Origin: a virus
Virus record (IMG/VR): IMGVR_UViG_3300004941_000003
Coordinates: 1-30,579 of that record
DNA length: 30,579 nt
Strand: one strand, 5' to 3'
The stretch's first letter is position 1. The number at the start of each line of letters is the position of its first letter. The translations under genes and the position numbers were made by a program. Below are positions 1 to 7,869 of the stretch, piece after piece. A model generated the notes under the pieces. That model had not been told where the DNA came from. It did not search any database and was given only the letters and a program-made list of their open reading frames with translations.

Positions 1-83
1 CAGGTATATTTACAAACGAGGTAAGGGTGAACTATGTAAACTTAAACCTTATTACGCCTAACCCTCCTAACTTTATTAACTGG
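1..83. repeat. Terminal overlap copy 1: identical to 30497-30579. Marks circular closure or terminal redundancy of the contig.
   Basis: Read directly. The string caggtatatttacaaacgaggtaagggtgaactatgtaaactt...ctttattaactgg occurs at both window ends. Unique length is 30496 bp. Confidence 0.95.
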
Positions 84-1634
84 TTTGGAGATGGAGCGCA
101 CAGCATAACTATTTATATAGGTAACACAAGTAGCTCTAATACTTACTATTTAGATGTGTTCAGAAATGGCGTAATAGTAAACAGTATAGCAGCTTCAGGA
201 GATACTCTTTTTAACCCTGTTACTTCTGTTAACAACGTGCCTGGATTAAACGATATATACACTTTTGAGGTAAGAGCGGAAAACACACCTATAAACTTTG
301 ATTTTAGCATAGCTTATAAGTTTGTAGCTGGCTATCTATTTGATGACGGAGGGGTAAGCGTTCCCGAAGTAGCGGAGTATGCTTGTCAGTTTGAGACGTT
401 AGGCAACACAATGAGCAGCGACTTAAATATATCTTTGTCTGCTCCTGATATGTTAGTAAGCGAGTACTTTTCGGGGGTACTTAGAATGTTTAACTTGACT
501 TGCTATCCTACAGACGAAAATACTTTTCAAGTTGAGCCGTTAGAGTTTTGGTACAGCCTAGGCGAGGAAATAGACATAACCGAGTATACGGATGTTAGTA
601 AAATAAAAATTGACCGACCTAAGCTATATAACAATATAGAGTTTAACTGGAAGGAGAGCAAGGCTTTTTTAAACGAGGCGTACAAGGACATAAACAACTT
701 ACAATACGGAACGCTGCGTAATTACTTTGGCTACGATGGAGGAGATTTTAAGATAGAATTACCTTTTGAAACTTTGCTATTTAATAAGTTTACGGATACT
801 GATTTACAAGTAAGCTATTCACTAGAAGAAGCACCTAGTTATACGCCTTATATACCAGCTCCTGTTATGTTATATTTATACGATAGTAAGACGGTATCTT
901 TTTACTTAACAGATGGAGTAACTCCCGAGGAGATTACAAGCTATATGCCTTTCGGACAGGAGATATATTACAACGCTGCCGACTACTCGATTAACTTTAA
1001 CGAAGAGATAAGCTCACTTACTTTAGAGCCTGTCAGTAATTCACTTTATAACGTATATTATCGAGCTTATTTACAAAACTTATTTAGCAATAAAGCGAGG
1101 GTCGTAACGGTGGAAACAAACTTGCCTTTAAGGTTACTTAATTCTATCCAGTTAAACGATGCGCTAATAATACGAGATAAAAAGTACAGGATTAACTTAA
1201 TGAAGTCGCAGTTAACGACGGGAAAAGTAACACTTGAGCTAATTACTGACATAGTGACACAACCGAGGACTATACCACCTACTGCTCCTCCATTACCTGT
1301 AGGTGGTGGCGATTTAGTTTTACCGATTAAACCTATTAAACCGAGTAAGGGCGGTTATTGGACTATTGTACCCGCTGCTCCTTATCCTTGGATAACTACG
1401 ACACCTATAAAACTTGTAAAGCAGACAGGTGAAACAAACGTAGAATTTGACGTAGCAGCGAACGCAACAGGCAGCACGAGGTCTGCTTATTACGATGTAG
1501 AATTTTACGACGGTGACGGCAACCTATACAAAAGCGAACCTTATGTAATTACACAAGGCTCAAGCGTAGGGTTTATATTAACTGAGGACTTCGGATATTT
1601 ATTACAAGAGAACTTAGACAAATTACAGCAATGA
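1..1634 (+). CDS. Large tail-tip/baseplate-like structural protein, C-terminal part. Same ORF as 29725..30579 through the circular junction, about 801 aa in total.
   Basis: The frame is open from base 3. Through the 83-bp overlap, codon position 27 maps to 30523, which is in frame with ATG 29725 (798 nt = 266 codons). The GTG at 27 in the ORF track is therefore internal. Size, tail-module position and a Pro-rich linker (PPTAPPLPVGGG) fit a tail-tip or receptor-binding protein. No enzymatic motif was recognised. Confidence 0.6.
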   Translation, partial: GIFTNEVRVNYVNLNLITPNPPNFINWFGDGAHSITIYIGNTSSSNTYYLDVFRNGVIVNSIAASGDTLFNPVTSVNNVPGLNDIYTFEVRAENTPINFDFSIAYKFVAGYLFDDGGVSVPEVAEYACQFETLGNTMSSDLNISLSAPDMLVSEYFSGVLRMFNLTCYPTDENTFQVEPLEFWYSLGEEIDITEYTDVSKIKIDRPKLYNNIEFNWKESKAFLNEAYKDINNLQYGTLRNYFGYDGGDFKIELPFETLLFNKFTDTDLQVSYSLEEAPSYTPYIPAPVMLYLYDSKTVSFYLTDGVTPEEITSYMPFGQEIYYNAADYSINFNEEISSLTLEPVSNSLYNVYYRAYLQNLFSNKARVVTVETNLPLRLLNSIQLNDALIIRDKKYRINLMKSQLTTGKVTLELITDIVTQPRTIPPTAPPLPVGGGDLVLPIKPIKPSKGGYWTIVPAAPYPWITTTPIKLVKQTGETNVEFDVAANATGSTRSAYYDVEFYDGDGNLYKSEPYVITQGSSVGFILTEDFGYLLQENLDKLQQ

Positions 1635-1774
1635 AGCATATACTAGAATTGTTAAAGATGAGCGACTGGCACGGGGTTAGTGAAAACGTGGACATAGCAA
1701 AAGGAAAGTACAAGCTCGAGACTACTATTAAGGGCAAAATGAAACAAGAGAAAAGACGTAAAGCATGGCAATAG
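1631..1774 (+). CDS. Small hypothetical protein (47 aa, MKHILELLKMSDWHGVSENVDIAKGKYKLETTIKGKMKQEKRRKAWQ)
   Basis: It is below the ORF-track size cut-off. ATG 1631 overlaps the upstream stop (ATGA), and its TAG at 1772-1774 overlaps ATG 1765 of the next gene. It fills an otherwise 130-nt gap in a densely packed operon. Confidence 0.35.
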   Translation: MKHILELLKMSDWHGVSENVDIAKGKYKLETTIKGKMKQEKRRKAWQ

Positions 1775-3747
1775 AGAAAACAATAGAAATAAAGGTAGAT
1801 GCTAAACAGGCTACCAAGTCACTAGATGAGTTAGGCGGCAGCTTCGAGGATGTATACGGAGAGATACAGCCTTTGTCGGGTCGTATAGGAGAGCTAGAGG
1901 ATAGGCTTTACGAAATGGCTGTTGCTGGACAGCAAGGCACTCAAGAATTTAAAGACCTTACAGCCGAAGTCGGTAAAATGAAAAAGGTAATCGTTGACAC
2001 CGATATGGTAGTTGACGGTATGAGCCAAACAATGGCGCAAAACTTAGGCGGTGCTTTAGGCGGTATTACTTCAGCTTTTGAACTTGGCGCGGGTGCTATG
2101 GGAGCTATGGGCGTAGAGAGTGAAAAGGTAGAGGAGGCACTTTTAAAAGTTCAGAGTGCTATGGCTATTGCTCAAGGGGTGCAAGGTATTCGAGAAGCTA
2201 TACCCGCGTTCAACGGGCTTAAAAATAGCATTGTTTCGGCTGCGAGTGGTTTAACTACATTTCAAAAAGCGTTAATAGCTACAGGGCTAGGGGCTATTGT
2301 TGCGGTGGTAGGTGCTTTAGCTGCTAACTGGGACAAGGTAACAGAATTTCTCAGAGGCACAACTAAACAACAGCAAGCATATAACGAGGTAGCAAATAAA
2401 GCGGTAGAGATAGCAAGCGAAGAGCTTAACGCTTTAGACAAATTACAGCGCACTATAAACGATGAGACGGTAAGCAGAGAGGATAAGAACGCAGCCGTAA
2501 AAGAATTGCAAGAGGGTTACCCTGACTTACTTAAAAATATAGATGCTGAGGAGGTAAGTTTAACCGAGCTAAACAAGGCTATAGAGTTGAACTCAGAATT
2601 AGTTATGCTTAACGCTCAAATGCAAGCAATAGCAGAGCTACGAGCTGAGGCGATGAAAGAGAAAATACAAGCCACTACAGATGCTCAAACAGGACAGAAT
2701 GAATCTTGGTTAGATGGAATTACAGCGATAACAGCTTATACGTATGGACTTGGTGATGTAGTAAATGAGGAAACTTTAGCAGCTCAAAGAACTAAAGAAG
2801 CTACTAAAGCTGCCGAAGATAAGATAGATGTTTACGATGAGTTAGAAAAGTCTATTCAAAGTCAAGTTAAAGCACTAAAAGAGCAGCTAGGCGTAACAGA
2901 TGAGCAAAAGCTATCAGAAAAAGAATTAGAAGAACAACGCAAGAAATACGCAGAAGATAGAAAGGCTCGTATAATAGCCGAAATGGAGGAAGAGGCTAGA
3001 CTTCGCAGAGATGCCGATAATTTTATAAAAGACCTTGAGGAAAGACTGGCTTTAGAAAAAGAATTAAAAGAAAAAGCAGCTAGAGAAGACAAGGAAAGAG
3101 AGCAAGCTTTATTAGAACAGATACAAGCAAGCTTAGACGCTGAATTAGCAGCCGAAGAAGCTAAAATAGATGCTGCAATAGAAGCCGATAACAAAAAGAA
3201 AGAACTAGCCGAAGCAGAACTACAAAGAGAAAGAGAGTTACAAAGCGCAAAACTAGATTTAGCGGGTGCAACTTTGCAAGGAATAGGCAACCTAGTAAAT
3301 GCGTTCGCTGGTGAAAACGAGGAACAACAAAGAAGAGCTTTTAACATAAGCAAGGCTATTAGTATAGCGCAAGCAACTATAGACACTTACAAAGGTGCTA
3401 CGGCTGCTTTTGCTTCGACTGCTGCTAGCCCTTTAGGTATTGCTAACCCCGCTGCTCCTTTTATTGCTGCTGCTGCTGCTGTTGCTGCTGGACTTGCTAA
3501 CGTGGCGACTATTGCTAGACAACAATACCAAGGCGGTGGCTCGGGAGGTGCTGGGGGCGGTGCTGGAGCTTCTAACCCGCCCGCGGAACTATCTAACCCC
3601 GCAACTTTTAACGTAGTGGGCAACACAGGCACTAACCAACTAGCTCAGACCTTAGGGCAGCAACCTTTACAGGCGTATGTAGTGGCGGGAGATGTTACCT
3701 CGGCTCAGTCGCTCGAAAGAAACAAAATACAACAAAGTACACTTTAA
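1765..3747 (+). CDS. Tape-measure-like protein (660 aa)
   Basis: Long coiled-coil, E/K/A-rich central region. Gly/Ala-rich hydrophobic segments (MAQNLGGALGGITSAFELGAGAMGAMG; LIATGLGAIVAVVGALAANW; PFIAAAAAVAAGLANVATIA) and a GGGSGGAGGGAG tract, as commonly seen in siphovirus tape-measure proteins. It sits in the tail module. Assigned by composition and architecture only. Confidence 0.5.
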   Translation: MAIEKTIEIKVDAKQATKSLDELGGSFEDVYGEIQPLSGRIGELEDRLYEMAVAGQQGTQEFKDLTAEVGKMKKVIVDTDMVVDGMSQTMAQNLGGALGGITSAFELGAGAMGAMGVESEKVEEALLKVQSAMAIAQGVQGIREAIPAFNGLKNSIVSAASGLTTFQKALIATGLGAIVAVVGALAANWDKVTEFLRGTTKQQQAYNEVANKAVEIASEELNALDKLQRTINDETVSREDKNAAVKELQEGYPDLLKNIDAEEVSLTELNKAIELNSELVMLNAQMQAIAELRAEAMKEKIQATTDAQTGQNESWLDGITAITAYTYGLGDVVNEETLAAQRTKEATKAAEDKIDVYDELEKSIQSQVKALKEQLGVTDEQKLSEKELEEQRKKYAEDRKARIIAEMEEEARLRRDADNFIKDLEERLALEKELKEKAAREDKEREQALLEQIQASLDAELAAEEAKIDAAIEADNKKKELAEAELQRERELQSAKLDLAGATLQGIGNLVNAFAGENEEQQRRAFNISKAISIAQATIDTYKGATAAFASTAASPLGIANPAAPFIAAAAAVAAGLANVATIARQQYQGGGSGGAGGGAGASNPPAELSNPATFNVVGNTGTNQLAQTLGQQPLQAYVVAGDVTSAQSLERNKIQQSTL

Positions 3748-3756
3748 ACGTAAATA
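3731..3756 (+). promoter_or_regulatory. Candidate late promoter/leader motif (AAC-N15-CGTAAATA, 4 nt before ATG 3761)
   Basis: AAC at 3731-3733, a 15-nt spacer, CGTAAATA at 3749-3756, then agtt and the ATG. One-mismatch copy of the motif at 4524, 7507 and 26968. Confidence 0.35.
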
Positions 3757-3760
3757 AGTT

Positions 3761-4342
3761 ATGGAATTACAAGAAGTAGAATTATTCATTAAGGACGAAA
3801 ACGAGGACGGAGTATTCGCCGTATCGTTAGTAGAGAACCCCGCTATTGAGGAGAACTTTATAGCCTTGTCGGGTTACAAAATGGAGCTTAAAGTAGTAGA
3901 CGACGAAAAGCGTATAGTTACAGGGCTTGCTTTAGTACCTGAGAAACGTATTTATCGTAAGATTAAAGAGAAAGAGTTTAACATATACTTCTCAAAAGAA
4001 ACTATCTACAAAACTGCGGAGCTATTTATGAAGAAATTAAACCTTAACAACGTGACTTCTGAACACGAGCGACCTGTTACAGGCGTTTCAGTTATTGAAA
4101 GTTGGTTAGTTGAGGACACAGATAAGGACAAAACAGCACTTTATAACCTAAAAGCTCCTGTAGGAAGTTGGGCTATTACTATGAAAGTATACAACGATAA
4201 CGAATGGGAGAAAATAAAAGCGGGCGACTACAAAGGGTTTTCTATTGAAGGTATTTACCAAGGGTTAGAAGCTTTAGAGATGAGCAGCGAAAACGAGATA
4301 ATCGAGGAACTTAAAGCTATATTAAATGAAAACACCAAGTAA
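3761..4342 (+). CDS. XkdF-like putative prohead protease / head-maturation protein
   Basis: N-terminal VSLVENPAIEENF and C-terminal ...GDYKGFSIEGIY resemble the phage XkdF-like (Peptidase_S78_2-type) family. It lies upstream of the scaffold-like and capsid genes. Confidence 0.55.
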   Translation: MELQEVELFIKDENEDGVFAVSLVENPAIEENFIALSGYKMELKVVDDEKRIVTGLALVPEKRIYRKIKEKEFNIYFSKETIYKTAELFMKKLNLNNVTSEHERPVTGVSVIESWLVEDTDKDKTALYNLKAPVGSWAITMKVYNDNEWEKIKAGDYKGFSIEGIYQGLEALEMSSENEIIEELKAILNENTK

Positions 4343-4517
4343 AACAAGCCCGAAAGGAGGGCGCAAAGGATGCCTTTGTAAAGATGGTAAGACTTATTCT
4401 CGTAAATGCTGCGACGGAACTATAGGAGCGCAAGGAATAGGAAGTACTGTAAACACTAATAATTCAACCGTCGTAAACGAGGACACAACGCGAACTATTA
4501 CCCGCGTTTCTAGTTAA
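4326..4517 (+). CDS. Small basic cysteine-rich hypothetical protein (63 aa)
   Basis: ATG 4326 overlaps the end of the upstream gene by 17 nt, and the ORF fills an otherwise 210-nt gap. It has four Cys in the pattern C-x-C...CC (KGCLCKDGKTYSRKCCDG). No homology recognised. Confidence 0.35.
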   Translation: MKTPSKTSPKGGRKGCLCKDGKTYSRKCCDGTIGAQGIGSTVNTNNSTVVNEDTTRTITRVSS

Positions 4518-4523
4518 ATTTAT

Positions 4524-4549
4524 AACAGACAGAAAATAAAACGTATATA
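4524..4549 (+). promoter_or_regulatory. Candidate late promoter/leader motif (AAC-N15-CGTATATA, 3 nt before ATG 4553)
   Basis: AAC at 4524-4526, a 15-nt spacer, CGTATATA at 4542-4549, then cta and the ATG. Confidence 0.4.
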
Positions 4550-4552
4550 CTA

Positions 4553-5464
4553 ATGAAAGTTCTTTTAGAGAGTTACACAGATTACCCTCAGAGCGCAACT
4601 AACAACGCAAAGAGAGCGCTTGAATGGGTAGATAAACACGGCTGGGGTACTTGCGGAGAAGCTACAGGAAAGGCGAGAGCTAACCAACTAGCAAATAGAG
4701 AGCCTATAAGTAGAGATACTATAGCGAGGATGGCAAGCTTCAAAAGACACCAACAGCATAAAGACGTACCTTATAGCGAGGGTTGCGGTGGTTTAATGTG
4801 GGACGCTTGGGGAGGCACTTCGGGTATTGAATGGGCAATTAATAAGTTAAACAAAATAGAAATGAAAGAACAAGTAAACGAGCTACTTCGTAAGATAGGT
4901 TTAAAAGCCGTAGAAGTAAAGCTAGAGCAAATTTTAACAGCTGACGGACAAGCAGCTTTAGAAGCTGAAGTATTCGAGGCGGGACAGCCTGTATTTATCG
5001 TTAATGAGGACGAGAGAATACCTTTGCCTGTAGGTGAGTACGAAATGGCAGAGGACATGATTCTTAAAATTGAAGAGGAGGGAATTATCGCTTCTTTCGA
5101 GAAAAAAGAAATGGAAGAGGAAGCTGCTGAGGTAGAAGCTGAAGAGAAAGAAATGGAAGAGGTAGCTGCGAGCGAAGAGCCAACTGCTACACCTGTAGCT
5201 AAGAAAGTAGTTGAGTCAGTATCTAAAGAAACTTACTTTTCAGCTGAGGAAAGAGAATCTTTAATTGCTGAGTTGAAAGCTCAGATTTTAGCAGAACTTT
5301 CTAAAGAGGAAGTAAGCGAGGAAAAAGAGGAAACTACAGAAGAGGTAGAACTTTCTAAGCCTATCCAACATAACCCTGAGAACGCACAACCTAGACAACA
5401 GATTTCTTTTAACAAAAAAGAGCAATCTTTGAAGTCTATGGTTTACGATTTAATTTCAAAATAA
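4553..5464 (+). CDS. Scaffold-like head assembly protein: conserved N-terminal phage domain plus a highly acidic coiled-coil C-terminus
   Basis: The N-terminus (YPQSATNNAKRALEWVDKHGWGTCGEATGKARANQLANREPISRDTIARMASFKRH...GGLMWDAWGG) resembles a conserved domain seen in phage head modules. The C-terminal half is E/K/A-rich (EEEAAEVEAEEKEMEE). It lies between the protease-like gene and the major capsid gene. Confidence 0.45.
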   Translation: MKVLLESYTDYPQSATNNAKRALEWVDKHGWGTCGEATGKARANQLANREPISRDTIARMASFKRHQQHKDVPYSEGCGGLMWDAWGGTSGIEWAINKLNKIEMKEQVNELLRKIGLKAVEVKLEQILTADGQAALEAEVFEAGQPVFIVNEDERIPLPVGEYEMAEDMILKIEEEGIIASFEKKEMEEEAAEVEAEEKEMEEVAASEEPTATPVAKKVVESVSKETYFSAEERESLIAELKAQILAELSKEEVSEEKEETTEEVELSKPIQHNPENAQPRQQISFNKKEQSLKSMVYDLISK

Positions 5465-5472
5465 TAATAAAA

Positions 5473-5832
5473 ATGAGACAGGAAATTTACAACGCATTAT
5501 TTAGCGAGAAAAAAGAGGTTGAGCTTTCAAAAATTGAAGTTGAACTAGCAAGCATTAACGAATTAAAGGCAGCCTTAAAAGAGGGAGATAAATCTTTAAA
5601 AGCTGTAAGGGGTGCATCTACTCAGTTTGAAGAAGCACGAAGAGAACTTATTAAAGGACTAGGAACTGCTAATAGTGCTATTAAGCAATTGACAGGTGTT
5701 TCTGACGCTTTTGCTTCTGCTGCTAAAGCTTTAGGCTTAAGTGCTGATTCAGTAAAAGAATATAACGAAGTACAGGATAGAATTACTACTATGAAAAACT
5801 TTGTAAATAATTACGAAAAACAACTAAAATAA
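5473..5832 (+). CDS. Hypothetical coiled-coil head-module protein (119 aa)
   Basis: ORF with an ATG start immediately upstream of the major capsid gene. Alpha-helical, coiled-coil-like composition. Function not assignable. Confidence 0.5.
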   Translation: MRQEIYNALFSEKKEVELSKIEVELASINELKAALKEGDKSLKAVRGASTQFEEARRELIKGLGTANSAIKQLTGVSDAFASAAKALGLSADSVKEYNEVQDRITTMKNFVNNYEKQLK

Positions 5833-5862
5833 GTAAATAACAATTTTTAAATAAATAAAACA

Positions 5863-6819
5863 ATGGCAACAACAACATCAATTACTACTACTTATGCGGG
5901 GGAGTTCGCGGGTAAGTATGTAGCTGCTGCGCTTTTACCAGCGCCAACAATCGCTAACAACCTTATTACGGTTAAGCAAAACGTAAAGTACAAAGAAGTA
6001 CTTAAAAGAGTAGGTCTTAACGACATCGTAAAAGACGGTTCTTGCGACTTCGACCCTACTTCAACTTTGACTCTTACAGAGCGTATCTTAGAGCCAAAAG
6101 ATTTACAAATTAACCTTTCTTTGTGTAAGTCTGATTTTCGTTCTGACTGGGAAGCTATCGAAATGGGTTACTCTGCTTTCGATAACCTACCTAAGAACTT
6201 CGCTGATTTCTTAATCGCTCACGTAGCTGAGAAGTCTGCTGCTAGAAACGAGCTTTCTATCTGGCAAGGAGACAAAACTGTAACAGGACAGTTTGACGGA
6301 TTCGAAACTTTGTTAGCTGCTGACGCTGAACTACCAGCTGCTCAAGAGGTAACAGGTATTGCTGTAACATCCGCTAACGTACAAGCTGAGTTAGGTAAAA
6401 TCGTTGACGCAATGCCTGACACTCTTTACGGACGTGAAGACTTGAGATTGTATGTTTCTAACAACATCTTTAAAGCTTATGTACGTGCTTTAGGTGGATA
6501 CGGAGCTGCTGGAGTAGGAGCAAACGGATTCGAGAACAAAGGTAACATGTGGTACACTACAGGAGGAGCTTTGTACTTCGACGGTATCCCTGTTGTAATG
6601 TGTCCTGGTATGTCTGCTGACACTGCTATCCTTTCAACTATCGATAACTTGTACTTCGGTACAGGATTGCTTTCTGACCACCAAGAGGTTAAAGTATTGG
6701 ATATGGCAGACCTTGACGGTTCACAAAATGTACGCGTAATTATGCGATTTACTGCTGGTGTAAACTATGCTTTCGCTGCTGACGTAGTTACTTACGGAAT
6801 TGTTAACGCGGTTAATTAA
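5863..6819 (+). CDS. Major capsid protein (HK97-fold type)
   Basis: 318 aa. The N-terminus MATTTSITTTYAGEFAGKYV..., the size and the codon usage of a highly expressed gene (highest local GC) fit a capsid protein. It follows the protease/scaffold genes and is followed by a strong intrinsic terminator. Confidence 0.75.
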   Translation: MATTTSITTTYAGEFAGKYVAAALLPAPTIANNLITVKQNVKYKEVLKRVGLNDIVKDGSCDFDPTSTLTLTERILEPKDLQINLSLCKSDFRSDWEAIEMGYSAFDNLPKNFADFLIAHVAEKSAARNELSIWQGDKTVTGQFDGFETLLAADAELPAAQEVTGIAVTSANVQAELGKIVDAMPDTLYGREDLRLYVSNNIFKAYVRALGGYGAAGVGANGFENKGNMWYTTGGALYFDGIPVVMCPGMSADTAILSTIDNLYFGTGLLSDHQEVKVLDMADLDGSQNVRVIMRFTAGVNYAFAADVVTYGIVNAVN

Positions 6820-6843
6820 TAACTAAATTACTAACTTATAAAG

Positions 6844-6869
6844 GGGTGGGTTAACGCCCGCCCTTTTTT
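6844..6869 (+). terminator. Rho-independent terminator after the capsid gene
   Basis: Stem GGGTGGG (6844-6850) pairs with CCCGCCC (6857-6863) with one G-U pair. A 6-nt loop is followed by T6 (6864-6869). Confidence 0.8.
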
Positions 6870-6885
6870 ATAAAAAATAGAAAAT

Positions 6886-7449
6886 ATGGCATGTGATATT
6901 ACAGCTGGAAGACTTGAGCCATGTAAAGATAGCGTAGGAGGTTTAGACGCGGTTTATTTCATCAATTACGATGATTTACCAGCAGACCAAATTACCCTTG
7001 ACGTAGATAGCCAAGTTACAGCAGTAGGAGGAACACCTACAGCGTACAAGTACGAAATTAAAGGAACGTCTAGCCTAGAGAGTGCTATTAACTCCTCTCG
7101 TGAAAACGGTACTACTTTTTTCGACCAAGTATTAAGCTTGATGTTAAAGAAGCAAGACCTAGCAACGCACAAAGAGGTAAAACTTTTAGCGTACGGACGA
7201 CCTAAAGTTATCGTAAGAGACAATAACAATAACTTCTTTTTAGTAGGTTATGAGCATGGAGCAGACGTAAACGGTGGCTCTATTGTTACAGGTGCTGCTT
7301 TTGGAGACATGAGCGGATATAACTTGACTTTCCAAGCAATGGAGAAACTACCTCCTTTGTTTATGAATGCAAGCTCAGACCAAACTTTAGCAGATTTGGG
7401 GATGAATATTCAGCTAGGAGACGGCACAACTGTTACGCCTACGCCTTAA
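6886..7449 (+). CDS. Major tail (tube) protein candidate
   Basis: 187 aa beta-rich protein directly after the capsid gene and bracketed by two strong terminators, which suggests very high expression. Its sequence pattern (LEPCKDSVGGLDAVYFINYDD ... VIVRDNNNNFFLVGYEHGADV ... GDMSGYNLTF) resembles siphovirus tail tube proteins of Bacteroidota phages. Confidence 0.55.
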   Translation: MACDITAGRLEPCKDSVGGLDAVYFINYDDLPADQITLDVDSQVTAVGGTPTAYKYEIKGTSSLESAINSSRENGTTFFDQVLSLMLKKQDLATHKEVKLLAYGRPKVIVRDNNNNFFLVGYEHGADVNGGSIVTGAAFGDMSGYNLTFQAMEKLPPLFMNASSDQTLADLGMNIQLGDGTTVTPTP

Positions 7450-7476
7450 TTTTTCATAGTTTAATTGTTTATTAAG

Positions 7477-7503
7477 GGGCAGCTTTCGGGTTGCCCTTTT
7501 TTT
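7477..7503 (+). terminator. Rho-independent terminator after the tail tube gene
   Basis: Stem GGGCAGC (7477-7483) pairs with GGTTGCCC (7490-7496). A 6-nt loop is followed by T7 (7497-7503). Confidence 0.8.
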
Positions 7504-7506
7504 ATT

Positions 7507-7535
7507 TGAAACAAAATGAGCTTTTAACGTATATA
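7507..7535 (+). promoter_or_regulatory. Candidate late (ECF-sigma-type) promoter: TGAAAC-N15-CGTATATA, 4 nt before ATG 7540
   Basis: TGAAAC at 7507-7512, a 15-nt spacer, CGTATATA at 7528-7535. It lies immediately after a terminator, so downstream genes need re-initiation here. Confidence 0.45.
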
Positions 7536-7539
7536 AGAT

Positions 7540-7869
7540 ATGATAATACTAGAAGAGACAGGAACTGCTCAAACTTTTAAAATAGTGCCTCGTGAATTAG
7601 TCGCGGACAGCATGGTAATTTTAAACGAGCTTACGGACGTTTCAGAGACTTACGCAATAACGCCTACAGTAGATAGATATTATTTAGTTATCGAAGAGGT
7701 ACTTAATTTGAAAGAGGGCAACTTCTATACATTAGAGGTAAAGAACGGCAGCGAGATAGTATATAAGGGTAAGATATTCTGTACTAATCAAAGTATAAGC
7801 ACCTACTCGGTAAACAATAACGAATATACAAGCTATAGCAGCACAAACGATTACGTAACTTATGAGTGA
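7540..7869 (+). CDS. Hypothetical virion-module protein (109 aa)
   Basis: ATG start preceded by the CGTATATA motif. Its end overlaps the portal start (7862). Confidence 0.5.
   Translation: MIILEETGTAQTFKIVPRELVADSMVILNELTDVSETYAITPTVDRYYLVIEEVLNLKEGNFYTLEVKNGSEIVYKGKIFCTNQSISTYSVNNNEYTSYSSTNDYVTYE

Noticed and set aside
27-1634. Independent 535-aa gene starting at GTG 27
   Set aside because: The frame is open from base 3 and continues the ORF from 29725 through the circular overlap. GTG 27 is an internal Val codon (…NEVRVNYVNL…).
2862-3386. 174-aa minus-strand ORF, and the neighbouring minus-strand ORFs 2262..2453 and 3387..3632, inside the tape-measure-like gene
   Set aside because: They are fully antisense to a long + strand gene. 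Their Ser/Ala/Leu/Cys-rich low-complexity translations are the mirror image of the E/K/A-rich coiled coil. No intergenic space, promoter or start-stop coupling supports them.
1765-3747. Alternative reading of the 660-aa coiled-coil protein as a scaffolding or SMC-like protein, because it sits just upstream of the protease-like gene
   Set aside because: Multiple Gly/Ala-rich hydrophobic segments and its length fit a tape measure better. A separate acidic scaffold-like gene exists at 4553..5464. The tape-measure call remains only moderately confident.
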